Part shown: positions 27,001 to 39,439 of the stretch, piece after piece
How positions within the stretch are numbered: the first letter of the stretch is position 1
Layout: each line of letters starts with the position of its first letter
Origin: Camelus ferus
Taxonomy: Eukaryota
Assembly: GCF_009834535.1 (NCBI RefSeq)
Contig: NC_045707.1
Location: 60,700,001 to 60,764,000 of the forward strand
DNA length: 64,000 nt
Direction: 5' to 3'
Position numbers and translations under genes: made by a program
The notes under the pieces: generated by a model
The model's input: only the letters and a program-made list of their open reading frames with translations
Told to the model about the DNA's origin: nothing
Databases searched by the model: none

Positions 27001-30000
27001 TCAAAAGATTACATATGAACTCATAATTTTAAAAATCTGTGAACTACAATGAGATCCTATTACGAACCTATTAGAATGGATGAAATCTAAAACACTGACA
27101 ATACCAACTGCTGACAAGGATGTGGAAAAATCAGTAAATGCATGAGGTAACAAGCCATCATCAGAGAGAGTCTGCATAAACGACCTACCAAAGTGTACCA
27201 GTTGGAATTATAAGTTCAAAGGCAATGTTAAAAGAGGTGATACTGAGAACTTTTCAGAATTGATGAAAGATAGCAATTCTTTGGTTAAGGAGGCCTCACA
27301 ATTTCCAAGCAGGAAATCTAAAAAATAATACTTTTAATGCTGATATTTGACAAGGAGGAAGGCTAAAATGTACTGAATTAAGTTAGCATTTAACTTCGTT
27401 AGAAAATAATGTAATAAACCCAAAGCAGACAGAAGGAAGGAAACAATCAAAATAAGAGAATAGACATGGTTGAAAGTATCAAGAAAGACAAAGTTGATTG
27501 TTCAAAAAGGCTAATAAAACAATAGAATGAGTTAAACAATTCGGGATAATGGTTAACTCTGGTTAGAAGGGAGGTGGGTAGAATCAGGCACACATGGGAG
27601 CTTTCAAAGGTACTTGAAATGCTCTCTTAAGTTGGTCATTACTTAGTTTTCATTTTTATTAATAATATTTAAAATGTACATATGTTAAGCAATGATACTA
27701 TTAAAATATCATAATGAAAAAAGATTCACATGTTATATACCTTCTGTATATGTCTTTAGAATAAATGAATCTCTCTCTCTTTAACGGTATGGTCTGTGGA
27801 CTAGTGCTGGTGCCTCTGGTGCTTTTCTAGTTTATAACTAGATGAGAAATATAAATACACTATTACGAGTTTTCACTAAGTGGAAGTCCTTCAATGTAAA
27901 GGACTGTCCTTTATTATGAGATTATAGTCTTCCTGCTGTATGATATTTAATATCCCTTATGAAGTGATAAGATTATAAAGTCTAGGTTTAAAAAATACTA
28001 TGTAATACCAGGATGAGAACCCTGATAGCAGTGCTACAATTTGGGGAGGGAAATTATATTGATCCACAAAATTCAAAACCTAGGAACCATAGGTTTATGT
28101 CATTTACCTATGTGAGGAGATTGTGGGTGTAGAGTAAAGATAAGGAAATCCTGAATTTTGGATGGAGTAATGGACCATGAAATTAGTTAGATATGTGGTT
28201 AGATATGTAGCTTCTTCAGGACCTTGTTAGGCTCATCATTAAGAAATTTCTGGGGTGTAGCAGAATTTAATTTATATCCAACTCCAAAGCTTGAGTGCAG
28301 TTGGATAGAGTCTCTGGTGAGTAAGTAAAAAGATGTAAGCATTGGCACTAATATTTGAACAGCAGCTAGGAGAGGGAAGGGAGAGATCAGTACCCATTCT
28401 TGCCATCCTAGAACAAGCAATATTGTCTTGTGCCTTGATTCCCATGCTTGGAGAGAAGGGCTGGAAGACAAGTTACTCGTGGAACACTATTAGGTTTAAA
28501 TGGGTACTTTGGGGAGTGGGATTTTCTTTATCTGTTGAGTTTTGAGAGCTCAGTTATATGGAAGGAAAGAGTGTAATAGCTTTTTTCTAACATATTTGCA
28601 CAGCTTTCTAGTGGAAGAATTTTTGAAACATAGGTTTGTTTGTTTGTTTTGGGTTTTTTTTTAAGTTTTGAATTGAGTCCCTGTTTTACAAACTGTCCTT
28701 GTAGGTACTTAGTACGTTTTCAATTAAATAAATTCTTGTGAGCAGTCTTAGAAACCTAAGCATCTCATTTAATATTTACTTTGTGGGAATAGACTCTGAG
28801 TTTCAATCAACTTTTAATGAGCCTGTACTCACACTGTTGAAAGCTCATAAGAACAGAAATTAGGGACTGTTGTGTTCATAACTCTCTTGTGCTTAAACTA
28901 GTTCCTAACATAAAGTAGGTACTCAAATTTTTATTGTGTGTATATGATAATAATATATGATTATATAATATACACATGTAATTATAAAGAACTTTTCATC
29001 CAAAGGAAAGTACTGGCTTCACTTATTGCAGTGAATATGGATATATAGATAAGAATGCTCTCCAATCTGAAATTATCTTAAGCCATCCTTTTAATTTTGT
29101 TTGTGCATTTGCATGTGCTTTTATGTTGAGAACATACTTAATGATAAGAATCTACAAAGTTATTTTCTGAGGAAATATAGGATAATAAGATTGCTTTGTA
29201 TAATTTTCAAGACATATAATTATCTGAGATTTTACTAATTACAGATAAGAAAATACTTTGCCATATTGGGATGGAAATCGACTGAGAGCTTTATTGCTGT
29301 GTTTTCTATTTTATAGCAAAGGTCATTATTACCTGTCTCAATTTGTATGTCCTTTGAAAGGTTAATAGTCTTGTTTGCTAAGCCTGAGCTGCTTAAATAA
29401 TAATAAATAACTTTTTTTTTGAATTTCATTCTTTGTAAGGGAAGTTATTGCTGAATTTCTATAGTACCATCTTTAGATATTTAGTTCATTTTATAGGGCA
29501 GTGGTTCTCTTCATGTTTGGATATAATACTTTCTTAAATTCTTGTTGGTTGGTTTTTGTTTTCAGTATTTTGATCTTTTTCCAACTCTTCCTGCTGCTTT
29601 AAGAATTTTAAAATCTCTTAAAGCCTAGGTTTATTTTCTTGGGATTCAAGATAAAATATTTGCTCTTAAAATACTTTCCTAATTTAAACCAGTATATTTT
29701 ATCACTAATGTGCATGTGGAACTGTATAGAATTTAAATGGATTTTCCAACTACCAAATTAGATTATTTCAAAATATCAGCTATGTTTGCCATTCATCTGG
29801 TTTTGAAATAGAGATGGTCTGGAATTTGTCCAGAGAACTCATTAGAGTTCTGTTATTACAGGGAGATGCCTTCTCTAGTCCTAATCTTTTTGGCTGTATA
29901 GAAAGAAAAAAAATGAAGCTGGGCGTTTTCTTTGGCTATAGAGCAGGAACATCTACAGAATCTCTTTTATTATGGCCTTTTGTAGTTTTTACCTCTGCTC

Positions 30001-30896
30001 TAATGTCTGTCATTTTAGTATGAAAAGAGCCACTAAACCAAAATAATATATGTAGCTGGCCTCTTCAGTGGCAAGGGGGTGTTAGTTCTTTTTAGTGTTA
30101 GTGAATTTCAAAAGAAATAGTATTATTTATGTCCGTGTTTTCCAATTTTGGCCATGATCCATGTAAGACATACATTTTATGTCACTGCCCAAAACATAAT
30201 ATGCATGTGAACTACATACTTAGTTATATAAAAAGTCTTAAAACATGTAATTGATGAAACAACTTGCCTTTAGTATCAGAGTATAATGCACTCTAATATT
30301 TCCTATCCTGGCTTATTCTATTTCATTTTTTAAAATGCTCTTTGTGAGCCACTAAATTGATTTTCAACTTACCAGTGAGTGGTGATTTGAATTTTGAAAG
30401 ACATTTTTAAATAAGTATGTTTATCCATAGATTAATATCTATTTCTAATATATATGTTTTTGAAAACTTTCTAATGTCTTTCAAAACTATTTTGATGATC
30501 TTACAACATTTTTAAGTAATTTTTCTTGTTTTCATACATAGATAATGTAATATACAATGAGAGAGATGGTAAATTCAAATCTTAACCCAGATATGTTTGA
30601 AGAGTGTTCAACATTGCTACATACTTTACAGTAGTTGAATCTAGCCAGCATGGCCCAGTAAATGTGGTTATGCTGCAAGTCTTTCACAGAGGTAAGTCAG
30701 GCTTTGAGCATAGTTTGACCCTTAGTCTGACTTTAAAATTAATACAAAATCCATCATAATTATAAGTAATTCTGAAATTAAATTGAAATCACAAGAGATA
30801 CATAAAATGTTTTAAAAATAGATCTTTGGTTCTTTATAGAAACCAATCTAGATTTTGGTTTTAAATTAACAGTTGCTTTTAAACATTTGTTTTTTA

Positions 30897-31026
30897 TTTT
30901 TATTTTTTACTTATACATGAACATACATACATTTATTGTCACATTCTCTTTCGCTGTGAGCCATCACAAAATCCTGTATATATTTCCCTGTGCTACACAG
31001 TACAATCTTCTTTATCTATTCTACAT
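30897..31026 (-). mobile_element. Short camelid L1 3' UTR insertion with a perfect 20-bp target-site duplication
   Basis: Similar to 4229-4350; flanked by ttttaaacatttgtttttta at 30877-30896 and 31027-31046. Confidence 0.8.
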
Positions 31027-31260
31027 TTTTAAACATTTGTTTTTTAAAAGTGTTTTTTTTTATTATTGAAGAAAAGAATATTTGTGTTATCCTTGTGAAG
31101 TTAATGTCCAGCAGGTTGTTATATCCTGTCTTAAGATCATTGTAGTATAATGATTTTCTTTGAATTAGCTTATAGATTTGTAAGTTATTATTACTACCTT
31201 AAGTTTATAAAACACTTTACATTGATCAAAACATCATATATACATATATATTTGTATTTA

Positions 31261-31750
31261 CTCTTTTCTTCCTTTTTCAGTTTTATTAGGTAGAATTATT
31301 ACAGTTTAACTGTGCATATACATTATATTGCATATAAAAGCATATATACAATGAACTGCACATTTTTTTTAGTTTACATATATGTACTGATCAGTTTCTA
31401 AGAGCAGATTAGAGCTTTAGATTTTTAAAGGAATAAAGCCAACCACAAAATAAGAATCAACAGAATGTAGTAATCCAATCATAAAGGATAGTCATATGTG
31501 CTTACTTATATTCAAGAAATCAGTCATCTAAGTTATAAATAAGTATTTTGTTTGTGTCCTTTTTTTTTAGATTCCACATATAAGTGATATATGGCATTTT
31601 TCTTTCTCTTTCCTGCCCACTTCACTTAGAACGACGATCTCTGCGTCCATCCATGTTGCTGCAAATGGCATTATTTTATTCTTTTTCATGGCTGAGTAGT
31701 ATTCCATATGTATGTGTATGTGTGTGTGTGTATATATGAATACACCACAT
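31261..31750 (-). mobile_element. Chimeric retrocopy: L1 fragment (~31546-31750) joined to a polyadenylated non-L1 segment (~31261-31545)
   Basis: L1 motifs (tagattccacatataagtgat, catccatgttgctgcaaatggc), minus-strand AATAAA with an A-rich tail, and 46-bp flanking direct repeats. Confidence 0.65.
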
Positions 31751-33019
31751 CTTTACATTGATCAAAACATTATACATACATATATATTTGTATTTATTGT
31801 TGCAGTTATATGATGTGTAGGCAAGGCAGGTAGAAGATAATTGAATCAGGTCTAAGACCCACAAGTATTGGCTCCTAGTGTTTGTTTCTACTGGTTCTAA
31901 TTGAAATAATGCTTTTTTGGTTTACCAGGTACCTTTGTGAAGTATTTTGAATTTACCAAGTAGTTTTAAATCTTTAACATAAAGAATGCTTTTGGAAGCT
32001 TTGTGAAGTTTGTATAAATATGGGTACCACATTTATTTTACCACCAATCAAATGAGGTAGGAAAGGTAGAGTTATTTACATTTCCAGATGATTAGGCACT
32101 AATGATCACATCTTAGGGGAGAAGGTGTATTGGTAACTGATTTGACTTAGGATTATTGAAATGAGTGAGAAGAAAGAATAAAGTGGCAACAAGTGGCTAC
32201 TAGGGATAGGGAAATAAATTCTGTTAATCATATCACATTATTTAGTAGTATTTTGTTATTCTTATCTGCTTTGCTTCTCTGAATGTAATTAAGAACCTAG
32301 GCATAATAATAGCATATTACCTTGTTGAGCATTTTCCATATACCAAGCAACCATCTGGGAACTTTTTCTGAAAAATAAATTTATATATGTATGTATTGTG
32401 AAATGTTTCATACATGTTTAATAGTGCATAAAACATAGTAGCATCTTATATTATTATAATACTAATAAATCAAATACTTATGTGCTTTGCACCCCTGATT
32501 AGAAAGAGATCATTGCCAGAATGTTAGAAGTCTTCAGTCTCTCCTGATTCCTGTCTCTTCCCCATTTTATTCTCTACATGCCCCAGGTATCCACTAATCC
32601 TTACCTTTGTGTGAATTTTCTTGCCATTTTTTCTCAAATAATGTTACTGTCACTTATGTAGAATTTATTTTGAAAGATTGAGAAGTAAGTACACAATCTA
32701 GTTGGGTAAGGAAAGAGCAGTATTGCCACTGTTTGACAGTGCTTCCCAGAAGAAGATAAGCTGAACAGAATCTCTGGATTATAGTTTGGCTTTGATTTCT
32801 TTGAGTTTAAGAGGAATCTCTTCTTTGGAAAGCATTGGGCAAGTGAGCCCTGGGAAACATAGGATTCATCATAGCTTGCAGTTTAGGTACTAGACATCTG
32901 GTAGTAATATGATCAGGAAATGTATTTTCTGCCTTTTAGTTCACTATGTCCTTACCAGGAATAGGTGGAAAATAGAACACCTAAAAGCTTTTGCTTTGTA
33001 AAAGAAAGTGACAAGAAAA

Positions 33020-34030
33020 TGAACTTGCAAGCCAAAGACTGGGAGAAAATATTTGCAAAAGACACTTAGTAATGACTGTTATCCAGTATATACAAAGAAT
33101 TCTTAAAACTCAACAGTAAGAAAACAGCAACTCAATTAAAAAATAGGCCAAAGACTTTAACAGACACCTCACCAAAGAAGATATACAGATGATATAAATA
33201 CAGATGGATTCTAACAAACATTTAGAAGATAATTAACACCTATCCTTCGGAAACTATTCCAAAATCTTATTTACAAACCAAAAATAGACTCACAGACATA
33301 GAAAACAAACTATGGTTATCAAAGGGGAAGGGAGGGGGAGGGAAAATTAGAAGTGTGAGATTAATAGATACACATTGCTATGTATAAAATAGATAAACAG
33401 CAAGGATCTACTGTATAGCACAGGGAATGATATTCTGTAGTCAACATAATGGAAGAGAACCTGAAAAAAATATATATGTGTGTATGTATAACTGAATTGC
33501 TTTGCTATACACCTGAAACTAACATTGTAAATCAACTACACTTCAATAAAAAAAACAAAATTTAAAAAAAGGAAAGAAAAGCCATGAAGGAACCTAAAAT
33601 GCATATTAGTAAATGAAGGAAGCCAACCTGAAAAGGCTTCAGACTGTATGATTCCAGTTACCTGACATGGTAAAGGCAAAAACTATGGAGACAGTACAGT
33701 AATAAGATCAGTAGTTTCCAGGAGTTAGAGGGGAGGAAGGAATGAAGAGGTGAAGCACAGAAGAGGTGAAAATATTCTGTATGATATTGTAATGATGGAT
33801 GCATGTCATTATACATTTGTCCAAGCTCATAAAATGTTAACCAGAAGTGAGCCCTAAGGTAAACTAGGGGCTTTGAGTGATTATGATGTGTTAATATAGA
33901 TGCCTCGGTTGTAACAGATGTTCCACTCTGGTTATGCATGTGTGGAGGCAGGGGGTATAGGGGAAATATCTGTACCTTCCTCTCAGTTTTGCTGTGAACC
34001 TGAAAATGCTCTAAAAAGTAGTTTTTAAAA
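33020..34030 (+). mobile_element. L1MC-type fragment interrupted by a younger L1 3' end (~33207-33570)
   Basis: gactgggagaaaatatttgcaaa; atagactcacagacatagaaaacaaac...cttcaataaaaaaa; ggtaaaggcaaaaactatggagacag. Confidence 0.8.
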
Positions 34031-35054
34031 AAACCCAACACTTCAGGATATTCGAAGTATCCTCAGTTCATCCAAACATCAGGAAATGGGGGAAAGAGAA
34101 AAAAAAAACTTCATCAGCATACTGTCAAAACAAGCCAAGGTCAGAAAAGAATTTGGGCAAAGCTCACCCACACGATTTGTCTTTGGGTCAAAAAGAGATG
34201 GTACAGTAGTAGGAGATGTTTTGATGATGACAGCTTTTTATAGTGAGTATCCTGTTTCTTGTATTCCATACATTCTTAATTTGCTATCACTTTTTGGTAG
34301 AGTATATATTCTTGTATAGCCTTTCTCAGGGGAGTTCCTGAGAGGGAAGTAAAGAAGGCCTATAGAAAATAATATAGGTGAATATTTTCTCAATTCTCTC
34401 AAGAATATGATACATGGGTAGAGCCATTATAGATGCATGGGAGAAAAAAGTTGATTCATTTTGAAGACTGGATGTTTTAGTGCATTAAGCCTAATTCTAT
34501 TGTAGAAGTCCAGGTGAGAATGGCCATTCTAATAAATTCTTTAAAAATATACATGTAAAATAAAATTTTAAGACTTTGTATATCTGAAAATATCTTTATT
34601 TTACCCTAATATGTAGTTGATAATTTGGCTGGGTATGGAATTCTAAGTTGAAATTCACTTTCCTTCCAACTTTTAAGGCATTGCCTGTACTTTTGTCTTG
34701 CTTCTAGCATTGTTGATGTCAGTAGCTTATCTGACTCCTGATCTTGGTGCTGTGGGCAAAAGGATTTTTTGCTAAAAGTAGGATTGGTTCTCAGTTTTTA
34801 CCGCTGCTGGTTTCTGATTCAACTTTCTGAATCTGCACGATAGTAACTACAAGTTCACTTCATGCTTTCCAGTGTCAAATTGATGTTGATAAATCCTCTC
34901 CAGAGTACATACTTGTGGGAAACATACCTATACTTGTTCATTTTTTAAAAAATACCCCTTTTCTGTAATTTCTGTCAAGTTTTAGAAGGGAATACATTAG
35001 GTCAGCATCTATACTCTACCATTTTAACCTGGAAGCTTTATTGATTTTACACAT

Positions 35055-35230
35055 ATTATCCAATTTGATCCTTGTAACAAGCTATTATATTGGTACTATT
35101 ATTAGCATTTTATAGATGAGGAAGCAGAGAACCAGAGAAATTAAGTTAATTGCTCAGATGCATCCAGCTAGGATTAAACCAGGATTTGAACCCAGGTAGT
35201 TTTAATTCAAATTCTATTTAACCATCGTAC
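35055..35230 (-). mobile_element. MIR SINE
   Basis: cattttatagatgaggaagcagag...aattgctcag...ggatttgaacccaggtag. Confidence 0.7.
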
Positions 35231-36829
35231 TGTAATTGTCTTTTGTGATGTTATGTTCTTTATGCCTTGAAAAGCAAGCACCATTACATGAATTAATTAT
35301 AATTATTTCTGTACTGCCTGTATTTAATGGTAATTTATATTTCATGACATGGAGAAAAATTAAAAAAAAACACAAAACCTGTTATAGTTGTGGGTATCAA
35401 CCATAAGTTACTTATTTTTATCACTAATTGATTTCGAAGTGCCTTTGCCCAAGAAAGAATATATGTATAGGAAAATGAGTTTGTTTTTAAGTGTCCTTTC
35501 TAGCTAAGAGAAACAGTCTCAGATTCCATGGGATTATATGAGTGGAGAACCAGCCTTGAAGTGTATGCATAATGAAGAAGGAAACTGAGATCTTATAGTA
35601 AGATACCTATAAAAATGAACTGCTAAATCAGTTATAATTAAATTGGTTGTTGTCTAGCTAAGGGAGTGTATTTCCAGGTTGAAATAACTGTGATCAGAAA
35701 AATCAATCTAGGGGATATAAAGAAAGTAATTGACTTAGAGCTTTTTAACTTCAATTAAGGTGTAGAGTAAGGTAAATGGATTTTAATATAATTAGGAAAG
35801 AATTCTTTGGAATTTAAAAAACTAGATATAAAGAGATGACATCATGTATTATTTTGGCTATAGGTGCTTTCCTGTTAGATTTAATGATGTGGGGTCATAC
35901 CAGTCACTTACTTTTAATCTAGAAAAAAAGATGTTTTCATTTGTTCTTGTGATAGTAAAGTTGCCTTTTTAAAGAAGAGTTTTAAGTGTGAAAATACTTG
36001 TTGGTATATTATATATTTTGAAAATTTTAAGTGTAATGAGAAGGAACCATAGCAGCTCTTTCAAAGAAACATATGGGAGCATACAGCATTATTATGGTGT
36101 CCTTTTAATCTTTTGATTGATTTGCATTGACACTGTCTTAATGACTAATATATCCCTACTAGAGGTAAAACAAATGTTTATTCTCTGCTTTAGGTGTGGG
36201 ACTCCATCAAAACTGTACTTGAAAGAATATCTTTCCTGATGAATTCTTAATCATGGCTGAAGCAAGCAGTAGATTAGATATAAATCTAGAAGCTTCAGGG
36301 AAGATAAACAGTGTTATATTTATATCCATTTTTGAAGTAAGCAAAAACTGGAAAAGGAAAGAATTGGAAGAGGTGGGAAGTGTGGTAGATACTATAAAAA
36401 CATAATGGGTATGACAAGAGGACTGCATTTTTTGAGAAAAGAAGAGAATTTGATTTTATTATTTCATTCTGAATCTCTAAATATTGATCCTGCTTTGTCT
36501 TCCTAAAGCAGCAATTGAATGCAGGGCATTACTTGTTTGATAAAAAGGTAAAACAGTAGAATAGCTTTTCTTGTTTATCAGTTCATTAAAAAAAAAAAAA
36601 AACAAAAACAGCAGCTTGGCTTAATGCCTCTTCTGCCTGTCTCTTTCTCTATCTGTTTATTGCTGATTTGACAGTCTCTGGTCCTTCTCCTTTGCTGTTA
36701 AATGTGTGTGTCCTTTGTTTGTGCTGGTGGGTTTTGCTATATTTGGATGTGAGAGAAAAGCCTGTCATTGCTATACTGGTCTAATTAGCCTTCTGGGTGA
36801 GCATATACGTTAAATAGACCTTCTAAGCC

Positions 36830-36974
36830 ATGAAAGAAGAGGGCTCAGAACAACGTAGATTTTCTTCCTGTACCGTGGTTTCGCCTGTTTTATTTCCTCC
36901 ACGAATTGATGGCCGAAAGCTTGTCCGGAATGCTTCATTTGGAGGATACAATGAACTTTCTCCTTCGTTGCCAG
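36830..36974 (+). CDS. OSBPL8: Putative alternative first coding exon of OSBPL8 encoding an ORP5-like N-terminus (MKEEGSEQRRFSSCTVVSPVLFPPRIDGRKLVRNASFGGYNELSPSLP-G)
   Basis: gccATG with an in-frame TAA 6 nt upstream, 48 open codons plus 1 nt, and a CAG|gtttgt donor in phase 1 that fits the exon at 44669. Similar to the recalled ORP5 N-terminus; 7 CpGs in 145 nt. Confidence 0.85.
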
Positions 36975-39439
36975 GTTTGTTTGTTTAATCTTGCATTCTT
37001 TTCTTAATTTCTCATGGACTTTTCATTAAAATAAGCTAGATATTTTAACATCTTAAAACTGCTTTCATTTAAACAATTCTATAGTGAAAGGTTAGGTTTT
37101 AGTAACTGCTGCTATAAGGCTTGGCTTTCCTGTATTTTCTCGTACAGTCTCTTAAGCTTGAACTTGAGAACTAATGATTCAATAAAGTATGAATCTTGAG
37201 GGCTTGTAGCATGAATTTTTGCTTTAATTATACAAATAAATATTATAATCTTTTGATAAAACTAAAGCCTTTTTCTGGACTTGAGAAAAATGTAAAATTC
37301 TATAAATAAACAAATTGCTCTGAGATTTTTGCAAATGAAACCCACATATTTAATATTAATATTTTCTGCAAAATAGTAACTATATGAAAATTGATGTTTA
37401 GTTCAAACTTTAGTAGCTTAAGTCCTGACTACCTAAATATAATTTTTGAAATGCCTTATTTCTTGTTCTTTGATGTTTGTGTACAATGAGTTTTTGCTAA
37501 AAAATGTTATTTTTAGGGTAATATTTATTAAATGAAATTAGGCATTTGATGGCTATGATTTAGACATTAAACAATTGATCAGTGAGATATAGATGTAAAA
37601 TGATCTTTTATTGTTTGAAAAAGATTTATTGTAGCATATATTGGGATATACATTTTAAAAAATAAACAATCTTTAGTTTCTTTTCAAAATTTTAAGCTGC
37701 TATATAATTATATCTACTTTTTAAGATTATATGTGTTTTCTTTTAAAACAAAAATTTTTTTTAACACTCACAGCAAAGAAATATTGACTGAAACTGGTGT
37801 TTGTTTTAATCGTTTATATATTTTTCTGACACGTATTTTGTGAAATTTGATTTATATTTTCTGTTTTCACTCTAACCTTTATTCTTGGCTTTTTGTGAAT
37901 ATTCATGCTGATAGGCAGTATATGCATTCTTTTGAAATAGTGAAACTTTGTAACACTTTATACAAAACACTTTATAGAAAGTGTTACCTGGGCAGTTAAA
38001 TAAATTGTTATAAATTCACTGATTTCATTTTCTTTTCTAACTTGTTTCTGAAAATATTTGGAAACCATAGTCCTGAACTGTTCCCTAAGTAGCATAAGCT
38101 TTAAACAGCATTCTTAATCCGTGTTCAGTCTTCTTAGTGTAGCATGGTCACTATCATGCATCTTTCCTAGGGTTCTCAAAATGGTGTAAATTTTATTATT
38201 TGTCTTTGTTCAAAAGTGGCTCAGAAAATACCTAAGTTTTTTTAATATTCTTAAATACTTTCTTGCTTCACAATGTGACTTAGTTCCATTTCTGTATTTG
38301 TCTCCATCTCCTTGTTTTTCTTTTTTTTAAGCCAGCAAGCTTACTAGCACGTTTGCTGACCTTCATACCACGGGTTTACTTAATATAAAAAATAATCAGA
38401 TGACCTTAATAAATAAAAGAAAACTTCACTTTTTAGAAGTTTGATGTTTAACTAGGTAATTGAAGACAGAATTGTCAGTTTATATTGACAATAAAGAATA
38501 TATTGAAGATCATCCTAGATCAATTTGTTTGAATGGAAAAGTAAATGGTTATCTTTGTATTCTAATCCTTGAAATAGAGAAAAATCATATTCATAGGGAT
38601 ACTTCTGTATTACCCTTAATACAACCAACAGTTGTATTACAACCAGCCATGATAAAAAGCTCTTTAAAATATGTTTTATTTTATCAGTAAAATAAGAAGT
38701 AGAATGGAATTAGGTACTTCAGAGAAGTGGCTTTATGTATTAAGTTAAAAGTGAAAATATTTTTTGCTGGGACATTTCATTGTTATTATCTGACATCATT
38801 AGAGAAGGAGAGGTTCTACCTTAGAGATATTTAAAGATAACTTCGTTTTACTACTTTGAGCACAACCCTTTTTTTTTTTCCATTTCACTTTTCCTTAGGA
38901 AAAACTTTTTCCCCCCCCTTTTTTTGTCACTTCTACCTTAAGGAATATATTGGTATGGCCTTTTTCTTTATGGTGTGTTATAATAAAGAAATGGCACCCT
39001 CTGTCCATGTACCTAAAAATTGGAATAAATAAACTTGGAGCAGCTGAGCAAGAAAATTTATAAACACTCTTTGTGGGGTTTAGTGCATAGGTAGATGTCT
39101 TTTTAGTATATTTTTACGTTTCAAAGATTTTTTCTTGTATAATTTCTTGATTCTTGCCTCTGTTCAATATAGTTAATGTAGCAATTTTATATTTTGTAAA
39201 TTTTAAATTTGTATTTGTAGATATGTGTATATAATCTCATTTTAATGAGATGGAAGCAGCATAAAACTTGCTTTATTATATTTAAGCATTAATGAACCAA
39301 ATTTTAGTGCAAGTTTATAAAAAAGTTATACCTCATCAGTGCTGATAGCACTTATATTCTGTTAACAAATTTGAAGTTAAGGACAGAGTGCTTATTTATT
39401 CAGGAATAATATTCCACTGAATTAATAGGAGAAAGTAAA

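Noticed and set aside
36194..36336. Possible exon (ttctctgctttag| ... gaa|gtaagc) upstream of the ORP5-like exon
   Set aside because: It has a stop in the OSBPL8 frame and no recognisable homology. It could only be non-coding, which cannot be supported without RNA data.
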